A stretch of DNA of 64,000 nt from NCBI GenBank assembly GCA_944327845.1, contig CALVHN010000003.1, positions 69,411-133,410 on the forward strand, given 5' to 3'. Below the pieces are notes generated by a model, which saw nothing but the letters and a program-made list of their open reading frames with translations, had not been told where the DNA came from and searched no databases. Of the stretch, positions 49,780-60,791 are shown in pieces. Origin of the DNA: an uncultured Bacilli bacterium (lineage in GTDB: Bacteria; Bacillota_I; Bacilli_A; RFN20; CAG-826). The position numbers and the translations under genes are program-made. The first letter of the stretch is position 1. Each line of letters starts with the position of its first letter.

Positions 49780-50886
49780 ATGGAAAAAATTAAAAACTTC
49801 ATTAAAAACTATTCGTTCGAAATATTATTTACAATCCTCTTTTTAGGATTGTTTTTTATTTCTTTTTTAAATTATGCAACCATTCCAACAAGCGATGGGG
49901 TTGGAGTTAATTTAAATCTTTTTGAGTTATATAGTGGAATTAATGTAACAGTTGATAGTGAAATTTATTCATTAAAATCTGCATCAATTCCATTTATTTT
50001 AGGTTTAATCTTTTATTTAATTTCATTTGTTTTAGTAGTTATAAATTCCTTTATTAAAGATAAAAGGAAAATTCAATATATTTTATATATTGTTTCTTTA
50101 ATTTTATTAGTAATTTTTGGATTTATTTATGTTTTAGGTGGTTTATTAATTCCTGTAATTGCTGGAGTTCCTGTTGGAGATTCGAATTTAGGAACAACAA
50201 ATTTAGGTTTTGGTATATATCTAATAGTATTTTTGATTTTTATGGGAATTTTATTATTTAGTAAAATCCTTGAAAGAAACCAATATAGTATTAAAGAACT
50301 TTGTGAAACTGCTATTTTAGTAGCAGTTGCCGTTGTTTTAGATCAATTTGCAAAAATTCCAGTGCAAGCTAATGGTGGTTCTATTTCTTTAAGTGCTGTT
50401 CCATTATTTATTATTGCTATCAGATATGGTGCATTTAAAGGATTTATGGCTTCATCTTTATTCTTTGGGTTTATTACTTGCTTAGCAGATGGCTATGGAA
50501 TTCAAACCTATCCTTTTGATTATTTTGTTGCATTAAGTGGTTATGGAATTATTGGTCTATTTTATAATTTAAATACAAAATACTTTGAAAAACATACGGA
50601 AAAGCAAAATAAATTGAAAATTCCAGGTTACATTATTTCCTTAATTATTTCAGGAATTATTATCATGATTGTTCGATATATTGGACATATCATAAGTGGA
50701 TTAATTCTTTATCCTACAATGAGTTTACTTGATAATTTTATTTATCAATCAACTTACGTCCCACTAAGTGTTTGGACTTCAATTGGTGTTACTATATTCC
50801 TTCTTGGACCAATAATGTATATAAATAAAGTTTATCCTGTTAAGAAGAAAGAAATGTCAAAAGTTGAGAATAACCAAAATGAATAA
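49780..50886 (+). CDS. thiT: Thiamine transporter ThiT-like (ECF S-component) with an approximately 170-aa N-terminal membrane extension
   Basis: C-terminal half resembles the ThiT family (ILVAVAVVLDQFAKIP...LFFGFITCLADGYG). Sits under the TPP riboswitch. AGGAGG RBS. Confidence 0.6.
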   Translation: MEKIKNFIKNYSFEILFTILFLGLFFISFLNYATIPTSDGVGVNLNLFELYSGINVTVDSEIYSLKSASIPFILGLIFYLISFVLVVINSFIKDKRKIQYILYIVSLILLVIFGFIYVLGGLLIPVIAGVPVGDSNLGTTNLGFGIYLIVFLIFMGILLFSKILERNQYSIKELCETAILVAVAVVLDQFAKIPVQANGGSISLSAVPLFIIAIRYGAFKGFMASSLFFGFITCLADGYGIQTYPFDYFVALSGYGIIGLFYNLNTKYFEKHTEKQNKLKIPGYIISLIISGIIIMIVRYIGHIISGLILYPTMSLLDNFIYQSTYVPLSVWTSIGVTIFLLGPIMYINKVYPVKKKEMSKVENNQNE

Positions 50887-51490
50887 ATGCATTTTAATTG
50901 GAGCTGGAGAATATAATAACGAGAAAATAACTAAAGATAAAGGTGACTTATTAATTGCTTGTGATGGTGGATTTGATTATTTAAAAAAGTTAGATTTAGA
51001 TATAGATTATTTACTTGGAGATTTTGATAGCATAAAAGAAATTCCTAATAATATAAAGATATTAAAATTTCCAAAACAAAAAGACGAGACTGATATTTTT
51101 TTAGGCTTAAAATTAGGAATTGATAAAGGCTATAAAAAGTTTTATTTATATGGTTGTTTAGGGGGAAGAATAGAGCATTCCTTAGCGAATATTCAACATC
51201 TTATTTATTTAAAAAAGAGGGGTTTAGAAGGGTTTTTAATACAAAACAGTAGAGTTTTACAGGTTTTATTTAATGAAGAAATATGTTTATCATCATTATG
51301 TTCAGATAAATTATTTTCTCTTTTTTCAATAAGTGAAAACGCTATTATTTCTATTAAAAACGCTAAATATGAACTTGATAATCATCTTTTAACTAATTCT
51401 TTTCCTTTAGGTATTGATAACGAATTATTAGATAAAGAAGTTAAAATATCAGTGAAAGAAGGGATGGTTTTATTAGTCAGACCATTTTAA
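50879..51490 (+). CDS. thiN: Thiamine pyrophosphokinase
   Basis: TPK catalytic motifs (LLIACDGG, GDFDS) and a C-terminal thiamin-binding domain. Overlaps the thiT-like stop. Confidence 0.8.
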   Translation: MNKCILIGAGEYNNEKITKDKGDLLIACDGGFDYLKKLDLDIDYLLGDFDSIKEIPNNIKILKFPKQKDETDIFLGLKLGIDKGYKKFYLYGCLGGRIEHSLANIQHLIYLKKRGLEGFLIQNSRVLQVLFNEEICLSSLCSDKLFSLFSISENAIISIKNAKYELDNHLLTNSFPLGIDNELLDKEVKISVKEGMVLLVRPF

Positions 51491-51562
51491 GAATTATATA
51501 TCTAAACATATAACAAAATCTTTATAAATAAGCTATAATTAAGCAATTAAAGGAGCTTTCGT

Positions 51563-52606
51563 ATGGGTTTAAAAAAGTTTGATGAATATTCTACAAATCA
51601 AATTGAAGAAAACATTGAGCAATCTCAAGAAGATAAAATCAATGCATTAATTGATGAAAATACTAAAAAAGAGGAAGAATTTAAAAACCTTCCTTTAAAT
51701 GAACAAGAAAATATCATTGTTGAAAGAATTAATTCTTATCGTAAAGATTACAATGCTTATGTTAAAAAACAAAAGTACATTAATTTTGCAATAGTTGGTG
51801 TTTTATTAGCTTTAATGATAACAGCTTTTGTTTTAATTATTGTATTAGGTGAAACTTATCCTTGGTTAATGTATCTTTCATTAGGAATAGTAGTTGTAGC
51901 TTTAATTGCAACATTTGTTTTTAATAAGATTTTTAGAAATAAACTTAATGAAAGAGCAAATGATTATATTGGTAAAGTTTGCAATGAAACAGCAAAATAC
52001 TTATATCAAGAACCTGATTTTACTAATTTACAAGTTTTACCTGATAAGCCTTTACAAGATTCAGTCTTTTTTGATGCACATATATATAAAGATTTAAAAG
52101 GGACAAAATCTAGAAACCTTGTATTTGCAAACTATAATGGTTTAAATTTTGTTTCTGCTGATTTAGCTGGTTTTATTTTAGTTAATAAAAGAACTGCTCC
52201 AATGTTTTTAGGAAAGATATTTGAAGTAGATAATAATTACAATTTAGATGGAAAATACATACTTTTTCAATTAAAAGGAGGCCAATTATCTCGACCAATA
52301 GATGATGTTGATGATTTAACTTTAGTTGAAGGAAATGACACCTATTGTATTTATTCTAATGACGAAAATTGGAGAGCGGTCTTAAATAAAAAAGTATTAA
52401 CTGAATTAAGAAAATTTAATATTGATTCAACCTTGATCGATGTCATCGTTTCAATTAGAAAAGGAAAAACTCTTATAGGAATTGATTATGAAGATAATTT
52501 CATTAATATTCCTGTTAGTTCAGATTTTGAATTCCATAATACTAGAAGAGTAAAAGAAGATTTAAATATTGTTTTAAATGTTGTGGATTTAATTAATAAA
52601 AAATAG
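51563..52606 (+). CDS. Hypothetical membrane protein (two TM helices) with a large C-terminal domain
   Basis: ORF of 347 aa; no family recognised. Confidence 0.4.
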   Translation: MGLKKFDEYSTNQIEENIEQSQEDKINALIDENTKKEEEFKNLPLNEQENIIVERINSYRKDYNAYVKKQKYINFAIVGVLLALMITAFVLIIVLGETYPWLMYLSLGIVVVALIATFVFNKIFRNKLNERANDYIGKVCNETAKYLYQEPDFTNLQVLPDKPLQDSVFFDAHIYKDLKGTKSRNLVFANYNGLNFVSADLAGFILVNKRTAPMFLGKIFEVDNNYNLDGKYILFQLKGGQLSRPIDDVDDLTLVEGNDTYCIYSNDENWRAVLNKKVLTELRKFNIDSTLIDVIVSIRKGKTLIGIDYEDNFINIPVSSDFEFHNTRRVKEDLNIVLNVVDLINKK

Positions 52607-52728
52607 GTAAATATTGTGTTAAGAATAGAAAAATTTATTAAAATAAGAAAGTTTTGCGAAGTTATTTTTAAAAATAATAAATTTTTTTATTCTTTTTTCT
52701 TAGTTTTTTCTTTTAGAGGTATTAAGTG

Positions 52729-53271
52729 ATGAGTTCTCTTAAAGGAAAATGGATCGAAGTCCAAGGATATAAACATGATGGCGGCATGCATCGTATTTGG
52801 GATCCTATTTATGTTGTAAATGAGGAAGATGATTTTGTTATTACTTGTTCAAAAACAACAAAAGTTATCGAACATAATTTTCGTATGTGGAATACAAAAG
52901 AACCTGCTATTATGATTTTTTCTAAAAGTAATTGGTGGAATGTTATTGCGATGCTTAAAAGCATAGGAATTGTCTATTATGTTAATCTTGCTTCCCCAAT
53001 AATTATCGATAATATGAAAATAAAATATATCGATTATGACCTTGATTTAAAACTTTTTCCAAACAATAAAATTAAATTAATTGATGTTAGAGAATATGAT
53101 TTACATCGTAAACTATATAACTATGGCGAAGATATAGATAAGATTTTAAGATTTAACATGAAAGAAATTAAAGAATTGATGGAAAACAAGAAATTTCCAT
53201 TTAATGATGAAATTATCAAAAATTATTATCATCAATTTTTAAAGGAGATAAACATTAAGAATGCAAATTAA
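52729..53271 (+). CDS. ntdp: Nucleoside tri-/diphosphatase Ntdp (DUF402, YgaC-like)
   Basis: QGYKHDGGMHRIW, EPAIMIFSK..WWNVIAM and YIDYDLDLKLF correspond to the conserved DUF402 blocks. Confidence 0.7.
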   Translation: MSSLKGKWIEVQGYKHDGGMHRIWDPIYVVNEEDDFVITCSKTTKVIEHNFRMWNTKEPAIMIFSKSNWWNVIAMLKSIGIVYYVNLASPIIIDNMKIKYIDYDLDLKLFPNNKIKLIDVREYDLHRKLYNYGEDIDKILRFNMKEIKELMENKKFPFNDEIIKNYYHQFLKEINIKNAN

Positions 53272-53734
53272 AATTATTACGAATAGTGAAATTGAAACAA
53301 TAAATTTAGGAGAAAAAATATCTTCTTTACTTTTTCCTGGAGCAATATTAACACTTGATGGAGATTTAGGTGCGGGGAAAACAACATTTGCTAAAGGAAT
53401 TGCAAAAGGTTTGAAGATAAAAGATGATGTTAATTCGCCTACTTTTAATATTTTAAAATGTTATTTCAATAAAAACGGGTTAAATTTTTATCATATTGAT
53501 GCATATCGCCTTGAAGATGTATCTAGTGATAATAAAAATATAGGATTAGAAGAAGTAATTGAAGGAGATGGAGTTTGCTATATTGAATGGCCAAAATTTA
53601 TATCTGAATTTATTCCAGAAAATAAAACTTTAGACATCTTGGTCCATATTCTTGAAGACAATAAAAGAGAATTTATCTTCTCAACAAACGATTCCAAATA
53701 TTTTAAAATAATTGAGGATTTGAGAGGGTTTTAA
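53261..53734 (+). CDS. tsaE: tRNA t6A biosynthesis ATPase TsaE
   Basis: GDLGAGKTTFAKG P-loop; about 155 aa; first gene of a tsaE-tsaB-rimI-tsaD cluster. Confidence 0.85.
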   Translation: MQIKIITNSEIETINLGEKISSLLFPGAILTLDGDLGAGKTTFAKGIAKGLKIKDDVNSPTFNILKCYFNKNGLNFYHIDAYRLEDVSSDNKNIGLEEVIEGDGVCYIEWPKFISEFIPENKTLDILVHILEDNKREFIFSTNDSKYFKIIEDLRGF

Positions 53735-53735
53735 T

Positions 53736-54320
53736 ATGTATAGCTTAATTTTAGATACAACTTATAAAAAATTGTTAGTTGCTTTAGCAAATGAAAATGG
53801 CGTTTTTGATAAGATTGAATATAATGCATGGCAACAACAATCTGAATATACAATTCAAGAAATTGAAAATATTTTAAAAAATAATAATCTTTCTCCAAAA
53901 GATATTAATGAAATACTTGTTACAAATGGACCTGGATCTTATACCGGGGTAAGAATCGCTTTAACAATTACTAAAATATATTGTCTCGCGCTTAATATTC
54001 CTTGTTATGTATTTAGTTCACTTGAAGTATTACAAGAAGAAAACAAAACTTCAATTTGTTTAATTAACGCTCGTTCTAATAGGAGCTATATTGGAGTTTA
54101 CAATAACAAAGATATAATCTTGCCAGATCAAGTAATGAAAAACGAAGATGTTATAAAATATATGGAAAAACATAAGGATTTTGCTATTTGTGGCGAATTA
54201 TCTTATTTAGGATTAAATGATAATTATCAAGATTTAGCAAAAAATATGGTTAGATTAAAAGATGATAAATATAAAATTTCTGACATTTTAAAACTTAAAG
54301 CTGTTTATTTGAAGGATTAA
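53736..54320 (+). CDS. tsaB: tRNA t6A biosynthesis protein TsaB (YeaZ)
   Basis: YeaZ N-terminal pattern (ILDTTYKKLLVAL...GPGSYTGVRIAL). Confidence 0.8.
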   Translation: MYSLILDTTYKKLLVALANENGVFDKIEYNAWQQQSEYTIQEIENILKNNNLSPKDINEILVTNGPGSYTGVRIALTITKIYCLALNIPCYVFSSLEVLQEENKTSICLINARSNRSYIGVYNNKDIILPDQVMKNEDVIKYMEKHKDFAICGELSYLGLNDNYQDLAKNMVRLKDDKYKISDILKLKAVYLKD

Positions 54321-54324
54321 ATGT

Positions 54325-54765
54325 ATGGTGGTTATTAAGGCAGATCTAAATTATATAGATGATATTTTAAAAATAGAAAATGAGTCATTTATCGATCCAT
54401 TAAAAAAGGAAGATTTAATTTATGAAATAAATGACAATCCATTTTCTAATTTTTTATTGTTAAAAAACGATGAAAATAAAATTGTTGGATATTATAACTT
54501 CTGGATTACCTTTGATAGTGCTACAATTTATCGAATAGCAATTAAAAAATCTGAAAGAAATAAAGGTTTTGCAAGGTTTTTGCTTCAATATGGCGAAAAA
54601 ATGTTAAAAGAAAAGGGTGTAGAATTTTTAACTTTAGAAGTTAGAACGTCTAATACATCAGCAATTAATTTATATAAATCTTTTGGTTTTCAAATCATTA
54701 CTCTTAAAGAACATTATTATGAAAATGGTGAAGATGCATATTATATGATGAAAGGACTTATTTAA
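54325..54765 (+). CDS. rimI: Ribosomal-protein-alanine N-acetyltransferase (GNAT)
   Basis: GNAT motif A (RNKGFARFLL) between tsaB and tsaD. Confidence 0.75.
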   Translation: MVVIKADLNYIDDILKIENESFIDPLKKEDLIYEINDNPFSNFLLLKNDENKIVGYYNFWITFDSATIYRIAIKKSERNKGFARFLLQYGEKMLKEKGVEFLTLEVRTSNTSAINLYKSFGFQIITLKEHYYENGEDAYYMMKGLI

Positions 54766-54766
54766 T

Positions 54767-55783
54767 ATGAAAGATGTCATTATTTTAGGAATAGAATCAA
54801 GTTGCGATGAAACAGCATGTGCTGTAATTAAAAATGGTCAATTATTAAGCAATATTATCTCAACTCAAATTGAAATGCATAAGAAGTATGGTGGAGTTAT
54901 GCCAGAAATTGCATCAAGATTACATCTTGAAAATATTGGAATTGTAATTCAAGAAGCTTTATTTAAAGCAAATATTAGTTTTAATGACTTAACTGCTATT
55001 GCAGTTACTAGAGGTCCAGGATTAATTGGTGCATTGCATGTTGGTTTACAAGCAGCTAAAACAATTTCATTAATTTATAACATTCCATTAATTCCTGTTC
55101 ATCATCTTGCAGGACATATATATGCTAATGAATTTGTTAAACCTTTAAAGTTTCCTTTACTTGCGGTTGTTGTTAGTGGAGGCAATACTGAACTAGTTTA
55201 TATGGAAAAACATATGGATTTTAAAGTAATTGGAGAGACACAAGATGATGCAATAGGTGAATCTTTTGATAAAGTTGCTCGAGTTTTAGGTTTACCTTAT
55301 CCTGGAGGAGTAGAAATCGATCGACTTGCAAAAAAAGGCGAACATACCTATAACTTGCCAACTCCATTACATGATAATAGTTTAAATGTGTCTTATAGTG
55401 GATTAAAAACTGCAGTTATTAATTTAAAGCATAAATTAGAAACAAACGGAGAAGTGATAATTAAAGAAAATATGGCTAAATCTTTTCAAGATGTCGCAGT
55501 TGGATTGATTTTAGATAGAGTGAAAAAAGCAGTTCAAAGATATAAAGTAAAGCAAATTGTTCTTGCAGGTGGAGTAAGTGCAAACTCTTATTTAAGAGAA
55601 GAAATTGTTAAAATGTTTAATAATACAAATATTGAAGTTATTATTCCTCCTATTTGGTGTACAACTGATAATGCAGCAATGATTGCAAAGGTTGGAGAGT
55701 ACTTATATCAAAGAAAAGTGTTCGCTGATTTATCTCTTGGAGTTGATCCATCTTGGAGAATTGAAAATTATTTAGAATATTAA
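54767..55783 (+). CDS. tsaD: tRNA N6-adenosine threonylcarbamoyltransferase TsaD
   Basis: Kae1/YgjD motifs (LGIESSCDETA, HLAGHIYAN, AVVVSGGNTEL). Confidence 0.9.
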   Translation: MKDVIILGIESSCDETACAVIKNGQLLSNIISTQIEMHKKYGGVMPEIASRLHLENIGIVIQEALFKANISFNDLTAIAVTRGPGLIGALHVGLQAAKTISLIYNIPLIPVHHLAGHIYANEFVKPLKFPLLAVVVSGGNTELVYMEKHMDFKVIGETQDDAIGESFDKVARVLGLPYPGGVEIDRLAKKGEHTYNLPTPLHDNSLNVSYSGLKTAVINLKHKLETNGEVIIKENMAKSFQDVAVGLILDRVKKAVQRYKVKQIVLAGGVSANSYLREEIVKMFNNTNIEVIIPPIWCTTDNAAMIAKVGEYLYQRKVFADLSLGVDPSWRIENYLEY

Positions 55784-55845
55784 ATATATTTCTTTTAAAA
55801 ATCTTTTATTTAATTAAAATATCTTATGTAAAAAGGAGTTAAAAA

Positions 55846-57231
55846 ATGTCACAACAAAGAAATGTAACAAACAAAAAATTATTCTTAAAATTAAATAATG
55901 ATAATTTAAAAAATGAAGAAACCATTCATCTTGAAGGATGGGTACGCTCTAATAGAAATAGTGGTAGCATCGGTTTTATTGAATTTAATGATGGAACATA
56001 TTTTAAAAATGTCCAATTAGTCTATTCTTTAGATACAATAAATTTTGAAGAGATAACCCATTTTAGAACAGGATCAGCAATTTCAGTTGATGGAAAAGTT
56101 ATTTTGACTCCAAATAATAAACAACCTTTTGAAATCCATGTTGATAGCGCTAAGTTACTTGGAGATTGTAGTGAAGATTATCCTTTACAAAAGAAAAGAC
56201 ATTCATTTGAATTCTTAAGAGATATTGCCCATCTTAGACCAAGAGCAAATACTTTTAATGCTTTATTTAGAGTTAGAAATGCTTTAGCTTTTGCTATACA
56301 TAAATTTTTTCAAGAAAGAGGATTTATGTATGTTCATACCCCTATAATTACTGGAAATGATGCTGAAGGTGCAGGGCAAGTATTTCATGTAATGAGCGAT
56401 ATTAAAAATCCAACGGCTTTCTTTGGAGGGAAAAATGCTTCCTTAACTGTTTCTGGACAATTACATGTTGAAGCATTTGCTCTTGCTTTTAGAGATGTTT
56501 ATACTTTCGGTCCTACTTTTAGAGCAGAAAATTCTAATACAACAAGACATGCTTCAGAATTTTGGATGATTGAACCTGAAATTGCTTTTGCTGATTTAGA
56601 TGATGATATGGAATTAATTGAATCATTTTTAAAATATATTATTAAATATGTTATGGATAACTGTAAGGATGAGATAGCTTTCTTTGATTCAATGATTGAA
56701 AAAGGATTAATTGATAAATTAAATCATATATTAAATTCAAAATTTGAAAAATTAACTTATACAGAAGCCATTGAAATTTTAAAAAAAGCCGTTAAAAGTG
56801 GTGTAAAATTTGAAAATAACAATATCTATTGGGGTCTAGATCTTCAATCAGAACATGAAAGATATTTAACGGAAAAACATGTAAAAGGACCTATGTTTTT
56901 AATTGATTATCCAAAAGAAATTAAAGCTTTCTATATGAAACAAAATAGTGATGGCAAGACAGTTGCTGCTTGTGATTTACTTGTTCCACAAGTTGGTGAG
57001 ATTTGTGGTGGCTCACAAAGAGAAGAAAACTATGATGTTTTGAAAAAGAAAATGGAAGAAATTGGAAATGTTAATGAATTAGAATGGTATTTAGAATTAA
57101 GAAAATATGGTGGATGTATCCATTCTGGATTTGGATTAGGCTTTGATCGTTTATTAATGTATATTACTGGTTTACAAAATATTAGAGATGTTGAACCATA
57201 TCCTCGTACACCAGGGAGTTTGAAATTTTAA
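55846..57231 (+). CDS. asnS: Asparaginyl-tRNA synthetase (class IIb)
   Basis: About 460 aa with an N-terminal OB-fold ([10 protein letters not shown]) and class II motifs 1-3 ([19 protein letters not shown]). Confidence 0.85.
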   Translation: MSQQRNVTNKKLFLKLNNDNLKNEETIHLEGWVRSNRNSGSIGFIEFNDGTYFKNVQLVYSLDTINFEEITHFRTGSAISVDGKVILTPNNKQPFEIHVDSAKLLGDCSEDYPLQKKRHSFEFLRDIAHLRPRANTFNALFRVRNALAFAIHKFFQERGFMYVHTPIITGNDAEGAGQVFHVMSDIKNPTAFFGGKNASLTVSGQLHVEAFALAFRDVYTFGPTFRAENSNTTRHASEFWMIEPEIAFADLDDDMELIESFLKYIIKYVMDNCKDEIAFFDSMIEKGLIDKLNHILNSKFEKLTYTEAIEILKKAVKSGVKFENNNIYWGLDLQSEHERYLTEKHVKGPMFLIDYPKEIKAFYMKQNSDGKTVAACDLLVPQVGEICGGSQREENYDVLKKKMEEIGNVNELEWYLELRKYGGCIHSGFGLGFDRLLMYITGLQNIRDVEPYPRTPGSLKF

Positions 57232-57509
57232 TGAAAAAAGAAGATTTAGGAAGAATTAAAGACGAAGAAACAGCTGATTTATCTTTACCTCGAGATAATT
57301 TAAATAAACCTGTTGATGAAGATTTTAATGATGATATAAAAGAAATAAACTTAGACGATAAAAAAAAGAAAAAAAATGAGGTATCTAAGGAAGAAAAGCG
57401 AAGAAAAAGAAGAATATTTGCTTTTGTTCTTTTTATACTTCTTGATATAGCTTTAGTTTGTGTAATTTTGTGGCAAATTGTTTCTTTATTTGCTTCATTA
57501 GGAAATTAA
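57231..57509 (+). CDS. Small K/E-rich protein with a C-terminal TM helix
   Basis: ATG overlaps the asnS stop (TAATGA). 92 aa; no family assignment. Confidence 0.35.
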   Translation: MKKEDLGRIKDEETADLSLPRDNLNKPVDEDFNDDIKEINLDDKKKKKNEVSKEEKRRKRRIFAFVLFILLDIALVCVILWQIVSLFASLGN

Positions 57510-57664
57510 TTGAAATCTTAATTATTAAAGAGTAAATTTAAATATTATTTTAATTAAATATTATTTTAAATTTATTAGAAAGGTTCATTAAATTTTCATC
57601 CTTTTATTTAACAACAAGCTTTAATTTATTATAATATTGTTTGTTTGAAAAAGGAGATTTTTAA

Positions 57665-58969
<1,305 letters not shown>

Positions 58970-59004
58970 TTTAACTTAGTTATTAGTAAAATAATTATCT
59001 AATT

Positions 59005-59035
59005 AAAAGAGGATTTAATTCCTCTTTTTAATTTT
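59005..59035 (+). terminator. Rho-independent terminator after eno
   Basis: AAAAGAGGA-tttaat-TCCTCTTTT hairpin followed by TAATTTT. Confidence 0.6.
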
Positions 59036-59109
59036 GGGAATAAATTAATAATTAATATATTACTTTTATTCATTTATGATAAAATTTACTTATTCAAAGG
59101 AGGAATATT

Positions 59110-59691
59110 ATGTCTATTCTTGATATTGTTGTTCTTGCTTTAATTATTTTGTTTGGATTATTTGGCCTTTTTGCAGGGTTTATTCAAAAAATGTCCAAGT
59201 TGTTTAGTGGAATTGTAGCTTTAGGCGTTTCCTTTTTTATTGCTTCACCTTTAAATGGATTATTAGCTGAAACGTCATTTTTTAAAGAAACTGTAATAGG
59301 TTCTTGGTTTAATGGAAATGCTGATCTTGCATCAATTATTAGCTTAATTATAGTTTATATTATATGTTATATCGTTGTTTTAGTTATAATCCGTATAATT
59401 TTTAATTGCTTTAAAGGTCTAGTTGATAAATTTAAAGTATTAAAAGTTATCGATCGCTTTTTTGGATTAGTTTTTGGGGTAGTTAATGCTTTATTTATTG
59501 CTGCTATTATAATGATTATTATCGGATTTATTGCTCAAAATAATCAAGGAGTTAGTGATTGGTTAGCTTCAGATTTAGATAAGTCATTTGGTTTAGCAAG
59601 TTGGTTTTATGATTTTTCAAATTGGGCATTTGGTGAAGTTTGGAAAGTGCTTGATAGTGAAACTGCAAAAGTTGTATTTTTACTAAAATAA
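59110..59691 (+). CDS. cvpA: CvpA-family membrane protein
   Basis: N-terminal DIVVLALIILFGLFGLFAGFI pattern typical of colicin V production protein; 4-5 TM helices. Confidence 0.6.
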   Translation: MSILDIVVLALIILFGLFGLFAGFIQKMSKLFSGIVALGVSFFIASPLNGLLAETSFFKETVIGSWFNGNADLASIISLIIVYIICYIVVLVIIRIIFNCFKGLVDKFKVLKVIDRFFGLVFGVVNALFIAAIIMIIIGFIAQNNQGVSDWLASDLDKSFGLASWFYDFSNWAFGEVWKVLDSETAKVVFLLK

Positions 59692-59702
59692 TAGGGTTTT
59701 AA

Positions 59703-60383
59703 ATGAAATTTAAATACAAAATAAGGAACTTTTTTAATAATAATATAACTCCATCATTTGGAATTTTTGCTTGTGTTTCAATGATTATATTATCTTTAGT
59801 TTCATTAATTTTAATTATTGTTCAGCTTAATCTTGCTAACATTAGTTTGGTTGAAAGTGGCTTCCAATATCAATTAATCAATACAATATTAAATATTATA
59901 TTTTATTTAATTGTTTTAAATTATTTTAGAAAGTCGAGTGATAATTATTACTATTGCTATATCGCAATGTTAATTCTTACTATATCAAATTATATTATTC
60001 CTTTAATTTTTAACCTTCTTGATATATTTGTTGCTGGTTTAGATGGAATAGGTTTAACGAATTTAATTTTATCTTTAGTTTCAGCAATAGGTAGTTCACT
60101 TTTTGGAATTTTATATTTTTGTTTTATGAGTGCAGAAGTTAAAACACGAAAAACTATGTATTTAACGATTCTTTTAGTCTTAGGACTCGTTGTTACAGGT
60201 TTTGCACTCTTTACTTTAATCACTAATTTATATTTAATAATTATTTCTTTTATAGGCGGAAGTTCTATTAATTATGTTGTTTTAATTGTTTCAATTTTAA
60301 CTTTAATTACTAATTTTGCTTTTTCTTTCTTGTATTTAACTTATGCTTTTGATGTTAAAAGAATAAGAACAAGAGGACATTAA
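59703..60383 (+). CDS. Hypothetical polytopic membrane protein
   Basis: ORF of 226 aa with about six TM helices. Confidence 0.4.
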   Translation: MKFKYKIRNFFNNNITPSFGIFACVSMIILSLVSLILIIVQLNLANISLVESGFQYQLINTILNIIFYLIVLNYFRKSSDNYYYCYIAMLILTISNYIIPLIFNLLDIFVAGLDGIGLTNLILSLVSAIGSSLFGILYFCFMSAEVKTRKTMYLTILLVLGLVVTGFALFTLITNLYLIIISFIGGSSINYVVLIVSILTLITNFAFSFLYLTYAFDVKRIRTRGH

Positions 60384-60715
60384 CATATATCGTTAAATGG
60401 ATCGTCATTTTCAATATCTAAAATAGAAGAAAAGCTAATTTCTAGATCTTCAAAATATAATTTTTTAGTGTTGAAATTTATATCTTTAATTTTTGAAACA
60501 ACAAAATAAATATATCCATCAAGATATAATTTAAATCTATATTCTTTATCAAAATTAATATTTAAAAGAATATTATTTATTTTTCTTGCTTGTTCGATTG
60601 CTAATTGAGGTTTTTTAACTTTATTTTTTTCAATTAGCATTTTATTTAAATACTTTTCGTGTTCAACAAGTGAAGAAAAAGGTAAGAATTTTTTCATTCC
60701 ACGATCGTCATTCAT
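60380..60715 (-). CDS. YolD-like protein
   Basis: About 110 aa with an N-terminal DRGMKKFLPFSSLVEHEKYL pattern resembling the YolD-like family (DRG..KW.PF). Confidence 0.4.
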   Translation of the reverse strand: MNDDRGMKKFLPFSSLVEHEKYLNKMLIEKNKVKKPQLAIEQARKINNILLNINFDKEYRFKLYLDGYIYFVVSKIKDINFNTKKLYFEDLEISFSSILDIENDDPFNDIC

Positions 60716-60745
60716 AGTGAATATATTTTATAAAATTTAAGTATT

Positions 60746-60785
60746 AAAAAAAGGATTTTTTAAGAATCCTTTTTATTTTTATTTT
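60746..60785 (-). terminator. Bidirectional hairpin terminator downstream of degV
   Basis: AAAAAGGATT-ttttaag-AATCCTTTTT 10-bp stem flanked by A-run and T-run. Confidence 0.55.
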
Positions 60786-60791
60786 TTAAAA

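Noticed and set aside
55784-55845. T-box leader expected upstream of asnS.
   Set aside because: The intergenic space is only about 60 nt, far too short for a T-box riboswitch, and no specifier or T-box motif (AATTAGGGTGGNACCGCG) is present.
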